Made by a program: the position numbers and the translations under genes. Of a DNA stretch of 64,000 nucleotides, positions 29,001 through 38,198 are shown piece by piece (positions within the stretch are counted from its first letter, which is position 1; the number at the start of each line of letters is the position of its first letter). This DNA comes from Sphingobacteriaceae bacterium. GTDB lineage: Bacteria > Bacteroidota > Bacteroidia > UBA7662. The stretch is from the NCBI GenBank assembly GCA_013824115.1, contig PNNG01000005.1, positions 3,075 to 67,074 on the forward strand, written 5' to 3'. Below the pieces are notes generated by a model that made no database searches, had not been told where the DNA came from, and was given only the letters and a program-made list of their open reading frames with translations.

Positions 29001-30362
29001 TTAGTTGTCGCTGGGAATCAATAATTCGTAGCGGTACGAATAAAAGGCTACATCGTTGGCCTCCACCTTCACTTCGTACTCCAATTTTTGCACTTCTTGC
29101 TTGGTTTTGGCTTTCAAATCGAGGTACTGATTAGCAAACCAATAGTTGCGGCGGGTGTCGGGAACACACTGTTTCACCACCCGAACCCGACCCGCTTCGA
29201 GACTGGTATTCCTGATTTCAATGCGGCCAACGTACAGATAGCTATCGTAACGCATGCCATTTAAGTCTACCGCACGCTTTTTTACCTTCACAAGTCGGGC
29301 ATTGTCGGTGAGGATGTAAGGCGAAGGTCCATACTCCATGCGCACGGTGGTTTTTTTAGGAATTTCGGGCAAATTGGCCGGAATATGCCCCAGACTCATG
29401 CCTTTGCGCTCATATATTGCCGACGAAAACCAATCCATATTACTGCCATTGGTCAGGCTCAGATAGCGTTTTCCGGTGGTTTTGCTGGTAAGGGTTTGGT
29501 CGCCGGGTTCCCATGCCGGAACAGCTACTTCATCGCTCAAAGCCAGGGGTACTTCGGCAGATAAAACCTGGAAATTGGTGCGTGTATTGGCCGGAATACT
29601 CACTCCTGTGAATCGGAAAGCAGCTTGACTGCTAAAGGCCGATACTTCACTCACTTCGTATGGGTGATTATAGTACAGTACCTCCATGTCTTCGAGTGCA
29701 AATGGGGCCGTTATGCTCAAGTCGAGACTCATTTCGGTTTTTTCCTTGTCAAAATCAAGCAAGTAACGCGCATCACTTGAGAAGTCGCTTGCAGGAATAA
29801 GAATGGTGGTGTTTAAATCAGCAAAATCGCCCGTGAGGTATACGGTAAGCACCCTGTCGAAATGCTTTACCATCGCTCCCGTTTGCAAGGCTTTTCCCCC
29901 GGCAAGATGTTGGATAGATTTAACGGGAATGGCTTCGACAGCTGTGCCTGTACGTAAAAAAACCATTTCGGCTGCTGGATGAACGGACAACAATTCGCCA
30001 GAATAACCCACGCTTTCGCGGCCTTCAAAAGCCTCAATGGTCACATTTTGTCCCACATTGGCCTTCAATAAATCGAGTAGGCTACCCAGGGCCTCCAACT
30101 TTTCTTTTTCCAATTGGTGTACTTGATAGTTCACCAGTTTTTCGCGTTCGGTCAAACGCACCTGGATGCCAGCCGCCACCGCTTGTGCTGGCAAGGTCAT
30201 TTGGTAGCGTGCCTGCCTGGTCGACATCAGGCCGCTGTATTCTAAAATCGCTGCACCATCGCGATACATGTGCAAGCGACGCAATTTGAGTTCGTTCTGC
30301 GCAAAACCGGCCGAGCTGCTCAGCAGCAAGGCCAACATCAACATCATGGGCTTTTTCATCAT
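29001..30362 (-). CDS. DUF4139-family protein (second paralogue, no coiled coil)
   Basis: Starts at the ATG at 30362 (MMKKPMMLMLALLLSSSAGFAQ, signal peptide), 1 nt after the manC stop. Beta-rich with a C-terminal region like DUF4139. Family assignment from memory. Confidence 0.65.
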   Translation of the reverse strand: MMKKPMMLMLALLLSSSAGFAQNELKLRRLHMYRDGAAILEYSGLMSTRQARYQMTLPAQAVAAGIQVRLTEREKLVNYQVHQLEKEKLEALGSLLDLLKANVGQNVTIEAFEGRESVGYSGELLSVHPAAEMVFLRTGTAVEAIPVKSIQHLAGGKALQTGAMVKHFDRVLTVYLTGDFADLNTTILIPASDFSSDARYLLDFDKEKTEMSLDLSITAPFALEDMEVLYYNHPYEVSEVSAFSSQAAFRFTGVSIPANTRTNFQVLSAEVPLALSDEVAVPAWEPGDQTLTSKTTGKRYLSLTNGSNMDWFSSAIYERKGMSLGHIPANLPEIPKKTTVRMEYGPSPYILTDNARLVKVKKRAVDLNGMRYDSYLYVGRIEIRNTSLEAGRVRVVKQCVPDTRRNYWFANQYLDLKAKTKQEVQKLEYEVKVEANDVAFYSYRYELLIPSDN

Positions 30363-30363
30363 C

Positions 30364-31446
30364 TCACAAGTATTTATCACCTACCTGCCGCTTGATTTCG
30401 AGCAGCATGTTCTTTATTTCGTTTTCTTGGTCACGCGGACAAATCAACAGGCCCTTGGGAGAATCGGCAACAATGTAATCTTCCAGTCCGCTAATGATTA
30501 CCAGTTTATCGCCTGCCACTTCAACAAGGCAGTTGCTGGCATCGTACATCACCACTTGTGCCCCCGTTACGGCATTTCCCAAGTAGTCTTTTTCGTGGGT
30601 GGCATACACCTCGCCCCACAGGGTAATGTCGGTCCAGCCAAAATCACCCAATAATACCTTCACCTTATCTTCTGCCTTGTAAATAATGGCTTGTCGGAAG
30701 GCGATGGTCTCGCACTGGGGATAAATTTTTTCGATGAAGCGTTCTTCTTCTTCTTCGTTGAGGTATGGCCGCATTTCTTCGAAAAGCTGTGCGGTATCGG
30801 GCAGGTGCTCGGCATACAAATCGAGCAAAGTGCCCACGCTTACCACCTTAATGCCCGAGTACCATAAAAAATCGCCCGATCGGTGAAAGGCATTGGCAAT
30901 TTCTTTGGTGGGTTTTTCGGTGAAGGTTTTGATGTTGTAAACCTGGTTGTCGATGGCTTCGGGTAGGTATTGAATATAGCCGTAATTCACCTCGGGCCTG
31001 CTCACCTTGATGCCTACTGTAAGCAAAACCGCATTTTTAAGTATGTACTTAAGGCCCGCTTTGATCACTTTACCAAACCTATTTACATCGGTAATCACAT
31101 GATCGCAAGGCATAATCACTACATCGGCCTGTGGGTCGCGGTTGGCAATTTTGTTGATGGCATACAAAGTGGCTGTAGCCGTGTTCTTGCGCATGGGTTC
31201 TACCACCATTTGTGATGGCAAAATGCCCGGAAGTTGCTCTTGTACCAAATGCACCCATTGCTTGTTGGTTACCACCAGCACTTGTTCGGCCGGGGTAAGG
31301 TGCAAGGCGCGTTGGTAAGTCGATTGTAGCAATGTTTCGCCGGTGCCCAACAAGTCGACAAACTGTTTGGGCTTTTGATGGGTACTCATGGGCCACAACC
31401 TGCTTCCCACCCCTCCGGCCATGATAATCACGTAAAGCTTATTCAT
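30364..31446 (-). CDS. manC: Mannose-1-phosphate guanylyltransferase
   Basis: 360-aa ORF. The N-terminus MNKLYVIIMAGGVGSRLWPMSTHQKPKQF is the classic NTP-transferase/ManC signature. Confidence 0.85.
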   Translation of the reverse strand: MNKLYVIIMAGGVGSRLWPMSTHQKPKQFVDLLGTGETLLQSTYQRALHLTPAEQVLVVTNKQWVHLVQEQLPGILPSQMVVEPMRKNTATATLYAINKIANRDPQADVVIMPCDHVITDVNRFGKVIKAGLKYILKNAVLLTVGIKVSRPEVNYGYIQYLPEAIDNQVYNIKTFTEKPTKEIANAFHRSGDFLWYSGIKVVSVGTLLDLYAEHLPDTAQLFEEMRPYLNEEEEERFIEKIYPQCETIAFRQAIIYKAEDKVKVLLGDFGWTDITLWGEVYATHEKDYLGNAVTGAQVVMYDASNCLVEVAGDKLVIISGLEDYIVADSPKGLLICPRDQENEIKNMLLEIKRQVGDKYL

Positions 31447-31486
31447 GCTACTCCTCCGTTGCCAAGATACACAATAGATGTGAAGC

Positions 31487-32485
31487 CTAGATGATGCCTT
31501 CTTTCAAGAGGTCGTGTACGTGTACTACCCCCAAATATTTTTCATGCTCATCTACCACCAATAACTGGGTGATATTGTTGGCCTTAATGGTTTGTAAAGC
31601 CTCTGCCGCATAGCTTCCCGAAGCAATGGTACGCGGCTTGGGCGTCATAATATCGGCTGCCAGTAAGGCCCCCAAATCGGTATGCTTATCAAGCATGCGC
31701 CGCACATCGCCATCGGTAATGATACCTACTAGCTTTTCGCCTTCGAGTACGGCCGTAACGCCCAAGCGACCTTTGCTGATGGCCAACAAAGCCTCCTTTA
31801 CTGGGGCTTGGTGTTGCACCGCCGGGGCTTGGTTGTTCACTAATAGGTCATCGACCCGCAAATACAACCTTTTGCCCAAGGCACCCCCCGGATGGTAACG
31901 GGCAAAGTCTTTTTCGGTAAAGCCGCGCTGTTCGAGCAGGCAAACCGCGAGAGCATCGCCTAAAGCTAGCTGCACGGCAGTGGAGGTGGTGGGGGCGAGT
32001 TTGAGTGGACAAGCCTCTTCCGTAATGGATGATAAGAGCAGGATGTCGCTCTGTTGGGCCAAATAGCTATCGGCCGTGCCAGTCATGCCCAGCAACACAT
32101 TGCCGCCATTTTTAATCATAGGCACCAGCAATTTGATTTCGGGCGTATTGCCGCTTTGCGAGATGCACAAAACCAGATCATTGCGTTGCACCATGCCTAA
32201 ATCGCCATGCACGGCATCGGCAGCATGCATGAACAAGGCGGGTGTACCCGTGCTGTTGAAGGTAGCTACCAACTTCTGCGCTATAAGGGCGCTTTTGCCA
32301 ATCCCGGTCACTACCAAGCGGCCCTCGGCCCTTAAAATAGCTTCCACAGCAGCCACAAAATCATCGCTTATACTTTCTCCAAGGGCCAGAATGGCATTTC
32401 CTTCGATTTTTAACGACCTTTGTGCAGCTTTTTTTATTTCGAGTTTGTTAATCAAGTCGGGATTTTTATATATCTTGACATACAA
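31487..32485 (-). CDS. KpsF/GutQ-family sugar-phosphate (arabinose-5-P) isomerase
   Basis: SIS domain (VVTGIGKSALIAQKLVATFNSTGTPALFMH) plus tandem CBS domains. There is no ATG near the N-terminus. Candidate starts are TTG 32485 (best length fit), GTG 32506 and TTG 32536. Confidence 0.85.
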   Translation of the reverse strand: MYVKIYKNPDLINKLEIKKAAQRSLKIEGNAILALGESISDDFVAAVEAILRAEGRLVVTGIGKSALIAQKLVATFNSTGTPALFMHAADAVHGDLGMVQRNDLVLCISQSGNTPEIKLLVPMIKNGGNVLLGMTGTADSYLAQQSDILLLSSITEEACPLKLAPTTSTAVQLALGDALAVCLLEQRGFTEKDFARYHPGGALGKRLYLRVDDLLVNNQAPAVQHQAPVKEALLAISKGRLGVTAVLEGEKLVGIITDGDVRRMLDKHTDLGALLAADIMTPKPRTIASGSYAAEALQTIKANNITQLLVVDEHEKYLGVVHVHDLLKEGII

Positions 32486-32521
32486 AAGTATTGAATTTAG
32501 GTGCACGAGGCGATTATTAGT

Positions 32522-34702
32522 ATGGATTCCAAACAAAGACTGCGGGAGGCGTTAAAATCGTTTTTCGGTTTCGACCATTTCAAAGGGCAGCAGGAAGACA
32601 TCATTCAGAACATTTACGAGGGCAAAAATACCTTCGTTATTATGCCCACAGGAGCCGGCAAATCGCTGTGCTATCAACTCCCAGCCATCGCGCAGGAGGG
32701 TACGGCCATTGTCATTTCTCCACTCATCGCTTTGATGAAAAATCAGGTCGACGCCATCCGGGCTTTCTCGGGAGCCGAAGGCATTGCGGAGTTCCTAAAC
32801 TCATCGCTCAACAAAGCAGAAATCAAGCGGGTAAAAGAGAATGTTACCAACGGCACTACCAAGCTGCTGTATGTGGCCCCTGAATCGCTGGGCAAGCTCG
32901 AGAACATTGAGTTTCTGCAAACCGTCAAAATCAGCTTTGTAGCGGTAGATGAGGCACACTGTATCTCTGAATGGGGGCACGATTTCCGTCCCGAATACCG
33001 CAAAATCAAACAAATGGTGCAGCTCATTGGCGATGTGCCTTTGATTGCCCTTACTGCCACGGCCACGCCCAAGGTGCAGCTCGACATCATGAAAAACCTG
33101 CAGATGTCGGAAGCCACCATTTTCAAGTCAAGCTTCAACCGGCCCAATCTCTATTATGAGGTGCGTCCGAAGATCAATGCCCTCAAAAGCATTATCAAAT
33201 ACATCAAAGATCACCAGGGGAAATCGGGTATCATTTACACCCTCAGCCGCAAAAAAGCCGAGGAAATTGCCGAAACCCTGGTAGCCAATGGCTTCAAGGC
33301 GGCACCCTATCATGCGGGGCTCGATTCGGCGGTGCGCATGAAAAACCAGGATGCCTTCCTCATGGAAGAAGTAGACGTGATTGTAGCTACCATCGCTTTT
33401 GGCATGGGTATCGACAAGCCCGATGTGCGTTTTGTAATCCATTACGACATCCCCAAATCGATCGAAAGCTACTACCAAGAGACGGGTCGCGCCGGTCGCG
33501 ATGGCCTCGAAGGCGTTTGCATAGCCTATTACAGCGATAAAGACATCCTCAAGCTGCAGAAATTCATGAAAGACAAACCCGTTTCCGAAAAGGAAATTGG
33601 GCATTTGTTGCTCCATGAAGTGGTGTCGTATGCCGAATCGGCCGTGTGTCGTCGCCGACAAATTCTGCACTACTTTGGTGAGGTATACTCCGAAACCAAC
33701 TGCAACAATATGTGCGACGCTTGTCGGCATCCGCAACCCCGCGAAACCGTGCAAGCCGAAATGCTCATGTTGCTTGAAACGGTGAAAGAGTTGGTGAAAA
33801 AATTCGACTTCTTCCACGTATTGGCCTATTTAATGGGCGAGGTAAGTCCGCCCATTGAAGCATATGGTCACCACCGCATGCCTGGCTTTGGCAAGGGCAA
33901 AGAAAAGGGCGAGCGCTTTTGGAAGTCGGCCATCAAAGTGGCGCTGTTCAACAACTTCCTCCTCAAAGACATTGAAAATTACGGTTTGCTCAAATTGGGG
34001 CCAGCCGGCGAGAAGTATTTGTTAGACCCCTATCCGCTCGATGTTCCCATGGACCACGATTACGAAGAAGCGGGGCGCGACGAAGAAATAGAAAGCCAAC
34101 AAACCGATACGCTTGACAGCAAGTTGTTTGAATTGCTGCGCGACCTGAGGAAAAAATTGGCCAAAGAGCGCAATTTGCCGCCATACGTCATTTTCCAGGA
34201 TCCTTCTTTGGAAGAAATGGCCACCAACTATCCCACCAACCTGAGCGAATTGCAACAAATCAGCGGCGTGGGTCCGGGCAAAGCCATGAAATTCGGCAAA
34301 GCCTTCATCGAACTCATCACCAAATACGTTGAGGAAAATGAGATCGACCGACCAGCCGACTTTGTGGTGAAGAGCACCGTCAACAAATCGGGCGTAAAAG
34401 TCTTCATCATTGGGGGCATCGACCGCAAGATTCCTTTGCAGGAATTGGCAAGGAGCAAAGGCTTGAGCTATGACGAGATTCTCGAGGAAATCAAAACCAT
34501 TGTCGATTCGGGCACCAAGGTAAATATCGATTACCACCTCAATGAGGTGATGGACGAAGAATTGCAAGACGAGGTGTACGACTATTTCCGTACCGCCGAA
34601 ACCGATGATTTGAACGCAGCTTTGAAGCATTTTGGCGAAGATTTTTCGGAAGAGGAAATCAAGCTGGTGCGCATCAAATTTTTAAGCGAACAAGCAAACT
34701 AA
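32522..34702 (+). CDS. recQ: ATP-dependent DNA helicase RecQ
   Basis: Motifs FGFDHFKGQQEDII, MPTGAGKSLCYQ and DEAHCISEWGHDFRP, a Zn-binding Cys cluster, and a C-terminal HRDC-like region. ATG at 32522 preferred. Confidence 0.9.
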   Translation: MDSKQRLREALKSFFGFDHFKGQQEDIIQNIYEGKNTFVIMPTGAGKSLCYQLPAIAQEGTAIVISPLIALMKNQVDAIRAFSGAEGIAEFLNSSLNKAEIKRVKENVTNGTTKLLYVAPESLGKLENIEFLQTVKISFVAVDEAHCISEWGHDFRPEYRKIKQMVQLIGDVPLIALTATATPKVQLDIMKNLQMSEATIFKSSFNRPNLYYEVRPKINALKSIIKYIKDHQGKSGIIYTLSRKKAEEIAETLVANGFKAAPYHAGLDSAVRMKNQDAFLMEEVDVIVATIAFGMGIDKPDVRFVIHYDIPKSIESYYQETGRAGRDGLEGVCIAYYSDKDILKLQKFMKDKPVSEKEIGHLLLHEVVSYAESAVCRRRQILHYFGEVYSETNCNNMCDACRHPQPRETVQAEMLMLLETVKELVKKFDFFHVLAYLMGEVSPPIEAYGHHRMPGFGKGKEKGERFWKSAIKVALFNNFLLKDIENYGLLKLGPAGEKYLLDPYPLDVPMDHDYEEAGRDEEIESQQTDTLDSKLFELLRDLRKKLAKERNLPPYVIFQDPSLEEMATNYPTNLSELQQISGVGPGKAMKFGKAFIELITKYVEENEIDRPADFVVKSTVNKSGVKVFIIGGIDRKIPLQELARSKGLSYDEILEEIKTIVDSGTKVNIDYHLNEVMDEELQDEVYDYFRTAETDDLNAALKHFGEDFSEEEIKLVRIKFLSEQAN

Positions 34703-34728
34703 TTGGCAGCAAGCGGGGTTGTGAGGGC

Positions 34729-35511
34729 ATGGAAAATGCAATTTCGGCCCTGCGTGCACGCATCGCCCCCGAGCGAGAGGCCATACTCAACCATCCGCTC
34801 TATCTGCAACTCAATGATTTGGAGGCCCTACGCACTTTCAGCGAATGGCATGTGTATGCTGTTTGGGATTTTATGTCCTTGCTGAAAGGCCTACAGCGCC
34901 AACTTACCTGTGTAGAACTCCCCTGGTTGCCCGTAGGTTCGGCCAACAGTCGCTTCCTGATCAACGAAATTGTGGTGGGCGAAGAGTCGGATGTTGACCG
35001 GAATGGCATACGGATGAGCCATTTCGAAATGTACCTCAACGCCATGGAAAACTTAGGGGCCAATACAACGGGTATTCGCACTTTCATAGGGGCTTTGCGC
35101 CAGGGAGCAAGCCTAGAACAAGCCTTCGAACAGGCACAAACACCGGAGGCGGCGCGCAGCTTTGTGCGTTTTACTTTTGAATTGCTCAAAGAGAATCAGG
35201 TTGGCGTACTGGCCGCGGTTTTTACATTTGGCCGCGAAGACCTCATTCCCGATATGTTTTATGCCTTGGTTCAAAAGCTGGGGGCCCAACACCCCGAACA
35301 GCTGGCCGATTTTATATATTACCTCGAGCGTCACATTGAAGTAGATGGAGGCCATCACAGCCATTTGGCCCTTGAAATGACCCGCGAATGCTGCGGTGAA
35401 AATCGCAGCGTCTGGGAAGTTGCCAGCGACAAGGTAGCCCAGGCGTTGATGCAGCGCAGGGCCTTGTGGGATGGTGTTTTGGAGGCCCTGCAACTCGAAA
35501 AAGTAAGCTAG
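34729..35511 (+). CDS. DUF3050-family (haem-oxygenase-like fold) protein
   Basis: 260-aa ORF. The N-terminus ...[32 protein letters not shown] matches my recollection of DUF3050. Confidence 0.6.
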   Translation: MENAISALRARIAPEREAILNHPLYLQLNDLEALRTFSEWHVYAVWDFMSLLKGLQRQLTCVELPWLPVGSANSRFLINEIVVGEESDVDRNGIRMSHFEMYLNAMENLGANTTGIRTFIGALRQGASLEQAFEQAQTPEAARSFVRFTFELLKENQVGVLAAVFTFGREDLIPDMFYALVQKLGAQHPEQLADFIYYLERHIEVDGGHHSHLALEMTRECCGENRSVWEVASDKVAQALMQRRALWDGVLEALQLEKVS

Positions 35512-35566
35512 CCGCAAAACTGCTGAGGCAGTTTTTATTGCTATCTTTACTTCCCAAACATTTCCT

Positions 35567-36547
35567 ATGCCACGCGTATTAATTACCGGCGCAGCCGGCT
35601 TTTTAGGCTCACACCTGAGCGATCGATTCATCAAAGAAGGCTACCAAGTGGTAGGCATGGATAACCTCATCACTGGCGATATGCGCAACATAGAGCACCT
35701 GATGAAGTTGCCCAACTTTGAGTTTTACCACCACGATGTGAGCAAATACGTGCACGTATCAGGCCCTATCGATGAGATTTTGCATTTTGCTTCGCCAGCC
35801 AGCCCCATCGACTACTTGAAAATCCCTATCCAAACCCTCAAAGTGGGTTCGTTGGGCACGCACAATTTGCTGGGTTTGGCCAAAGAAAAAGGCGCCCGCA
35901 TTTTGGTGGCAAGCACTTCGGAAGTATATGGTGACCCTATGGTGCACCCACAAACCGAAGAATATTGGGGAAATGTGAATCCGGTTGGTCCACGCGGCGT
36001 TTACGACGAAGCCAAGCGATTCCAAGAGGCCATTACCATGGCCTATCACACCTATCATGGAGTTGAAACACGCATTGTTCGCATATTCAATACCTACGGC
36101 CCGCGCATGCGACTGAACGACGGTCGGGCCCTGCCTGCCTTTATTGGCCAGGCTTTGCGCGGCGAAGACCTCACTGTATTTGGCGATGGCTCTCAAACCC
36201 GTTCCTTCTGTTACGTCGACGATTTGGTGGAAGGAATTTTCCGTTTATTGAAAAGTGACTATGCCGGACCGGTGAATATTGGTAACCCAGTAGAGATTAC
36301 CATCAAGCAATTTGCCGAAGAAATCATCAAGCTTACCGGAACTGATCAGAAGATCATTTACAAAGACCTGCCGAAAGACGATCCGAAGCAACGTCAACCC
36401 GACATTTCGCTGGCCAAAAAGCTTCTTGGTTGGGAGCCTCGCGTGAGTCGCGAAGAAGGCTTACGTATCACCTACGAGTATTTTAAATCGTTACCCGAAG
36501 AGGATTTGTACCGCGAAGCACACGGCAGAAGCTTTCCACGTAAATAA
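35567..36547 (+). CDS. UDP-glucuronate decarboxylase (UDP-xylose synthase), SDR family
   Basis: The motifs [19 protein letters not shown] and YDEAKR, and strong overall UXS-like sequence. Confidence 0.85.
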   Translation: MPRVLITGAAGFLGSHLSDRFIKEGYQVVGMDNLITGDMRNIEHLMKLPNFEFYHHDVSKYVHVSGPIDEILHFASPASPIDYLKIPIQTLKVGSLGTHNLLGLAKEKGARILVASTSEVYGDPMVHPQTEEYWGNVNPVGPRGVYDEAKRFQEAITMAYHTYHGVETRIVRIFNTYGPRMRLNDGRALPAFIGQALRGEDLTVFGDGSQTRSFCYVDDLVEGIFRLLKSDYAGPVNIGNPVEITIKQFAEEIIKLTGTDQKIIYKDLPKDDPKQRQPDISLAKKLLGWEPRVSREEGLRITYEYFKSLPEEDLYREAHGRSFPRK

Positions 36548-36554
36548 GACCGTT

Positions 36555-37061
36555 TTGAGCGATTACCATTGGTACGCTGCTTACACCTTGCCGCGGTATG
36601 AAAAAAGGGCAAAGCTGCAGCTCGACAAACAGGGCATAACCAATTGGCTGCCCTTACAACGACTACGCAAACGCTGGAGCGACCGTTGGAAGTGGGTGGA
36701 AGAGCCGGTATTCAGGTCGTATTTGTTTGTGCATATCAGTGAGCGCGAGTATTTCCAAACCCTCAATTCCTATGGCATTGTGCGTTTTGTAGCATTCAAC
36801 GGTCAGGCAGTGCGCATACCCGACAGCCAAATGGATTTTCTACGCCGCATGCTCGATACGGGTTACGAATTGGAAGCTACGGAGCTCGATTTGTCGCCCG
36901 GCGACCGCGTAGAAGTGCTTACTGGCCCATTGGCTGGCCGACAAGGCATATTGATTCAAAGGGCCGGCGATAAGAAATTCAGAATTGATCTCGATTTTAT
37001 GGGACAGTCGGTTTTTGTAACCGTACCTATTGAAAATCTCACCAAGGAATTAACGGCTTAA
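36555..37061 (+). CDS. UpxY-family NusG-like transcription antiterminator
   Basis: NGN domain (WYAAYTLPRYEKRAKLQL...PVFRSYLFV) plus a KOW motif (GDRVEVLTGPLAGRQGIL). Confidence 0.75.
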   Translation: MSDYHWYAAYTLPRYEKRAKLQLDKQGITNWLPLQRLRKRWSDRWKWVEEPVFRSYLFVHISEREYFQTLNSYGIVRFVAFNGQAVRIPDSQMDFLRRMLDTGYELEATELDLSPGDRVEVLTGPLAGRQGILIQRAGDKKFRIDLDFMGQSVFVTVPIENLTKELTA

Positions 37062-37693
37062 AGTAGTCCGGCTTTTTGAAGACTGGGCAACAAAGGTGCG
37101 TTTTGCGGATGCAGCAAGGTCTGTAGGCCTTTGGCTTGTGCTCCTAGGAGGTGGCCAGCAGAGTCGTCGATGAAAAGTGTATGGGCCGGATTAAACGCTC
37201 CCTGTTCAACCACATAGGCAAATACGGGAGGCTCTGGTTTTCTTAAACCCATTTGCTGAGAGTAATAAATGCGATCGAAGAACTTGCTCAGTTTTTCACC
37301 TGGATGGCTCTGTTCGAATTCCGCCTCCAGCGCTTCTACGTGCAAGCTGTTGGTATTGCTGAGCAGTACCACATCGCAGTGATTGCGTAGCGGTTGAATC
37401 AATGCGAGTTGATCTAATTGTACGCGGCCTAAAATCGCATTCCAGCAAGCGGCATATTGCTCGTGGCTAAAGTGCCTTCCAAAAGTGGTGGCAAGGGTAT
37501 CTAAAAATTGAGCGGTATGAATGTGCCCGGTTTCGTAGGCATCAAAGAACTTTTCGTTCTGAAGTTTTTCGAGGGTGGGTGCCACCTCTTTGCCTACCAA
37601 TTGCTGCAAACTGTACGCAAAGCGGTCCATATAAACATCTATGAACAAGCCTCCGAGGTCGAAGATGAGGTGGTGAATGGGTGGCTGCATGGC
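37058..37693 (-). CDS. HAD-superfamily hydrolase
   Basis: Motif I is HLIFDLGGLFIDV; later motifs are LLSNTN and FIDDS. The ORF is trimmed to the ATG at 37693. Confidence 0.75.
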   Translation of the reverse strand, partial: AMQPPIHHLIFDLGGLFIDVYMDRFAYSLQQLVGKEVAPTLEKLQNEKFFDAYETGHIHTAQFLDTLATTFGRHFSHEQYAACWNAILGRVQLDQLALIQPLRNHCDVVLLSNTNSLHVEALEAEFEQSHPGEKLSKFFDRIYYSQQMGLRKPEPPVFAYVVEQGAFNPAHTLFIDDSAGHLLGAQAKGLQTLLHPQNAPLLPSLQKAGLL

Positions 37694-37734
37694 GTAACAA
37701 TTAAAAGGCCGCACCTAAGTGCGGCCTTTGCCCG

Positions 37735-37808
37735 TGGGCCCTGCTGGGCTCGAACCAGCGACCCTCTGATTATGAGTCAGATGCTCTAACCTGCTGAGCT
37801 AAGAGCCC
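37735..37808 (-). tRNA. tRNA-Met (anticodon CAT; an Ile2/lysidine identity cannot be excluded)
   Basis: The reverse complement GGGCTCT-TA-GCTC-AGCAGGTTA-GAGC-A-TCTGA-CTCATAA-TCAGA-GGGTC-GCTGG-TTCGAGC-CCAGC-AGGGCCC-A folds as a cloverleaf. CCA is not encoded. It is not initiator-like, because the anticodon stem lacks the 3 GC pairs. Confidence 0.85.
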
Positions 37809-37819
37809 CAATGGGAGAG

Positions 37820-37827
37820 CAAAAGTA
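37820..37827 (-). promoter_or_regulatory. -7 box TACTTTTG for tRNA-Met
   Basis: On the minus strand, tacttttg lies 11 nt upstream of the tRNA 5' end. Confidence 0.4.
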
Positions 37828-37883
37828 ACCAAAATGTATCTATCCGCTAATGTTCGCCCCAAAAAAACTGAACTTTTACCATT

Positions 37884-37908
37884 AAAAAAGCCCCAATGAA
37901 GGGGCCTT
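37884..37908 (-). terminator. Rho-independent terminator of the small secreted-peptide gene
   Basis: The minus strand reads aggcccc-ttcat-tggggct followed by tttttt. Confidence 0.5.
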
Positions 37909-37932
37909 TAATCGGTTAGAAAAGACTGCTTA

Positions 37933-38118
37933 TTAAGCGTCCTTCTTTTTACTGCAGCAAGCCTTGCCTTCACCTTCGGCAGGAGCGCAAGACTTTTTTT
38001 CTTCCGTTTGCTCGGTTTTGGTGGCTTCTTTTTTCTTCTTCTTTTTATCGCCATCGCCGGCATAGCTGATTACGGCTACAGCCGAAACGAGCAGGAGGGT
38101 CATTAAAATCTTTTTCAT
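37933..38118 (-). CDS. Small secreted Lys/Glu-rich, Cys-containing protein (hypothetical)
   Basis: 61-aa ORF. A signal peptide (MKKILMTLLLVSAVAVISYA) is followed by GDGDKKKKKKEATKTEQTEEKKSCAPAEGEGKACCSKKKDA. It has its own terminator. Confidence 0.45.
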   Translation of the reverse strand: MKKILMTLLLVSAVAVISYAGDGDKKKKKKEATKTEQTEEKKSCAPAEGEGKACCSKKKDA

Positions 38119-38198
38119 CGGAGTGTGATTTTTATCAATAGAGGAAACGAATATACGTAATTATCAGAACTTTGTTGTGCCCTAGGGGTTTTTTTCGC

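Noticed and set aside
32485-32536. Apparent head-to-head overlap of the KpsF-type and recQ coding regions
   Set aside because: It is an artefact of longest-ORF extension with TTG/GTG starts. Using the TTG at 32485 for the isomerase gene and the ATG at 32522 for recQ gives normal protein lengths and a 36-bp divergent gap.
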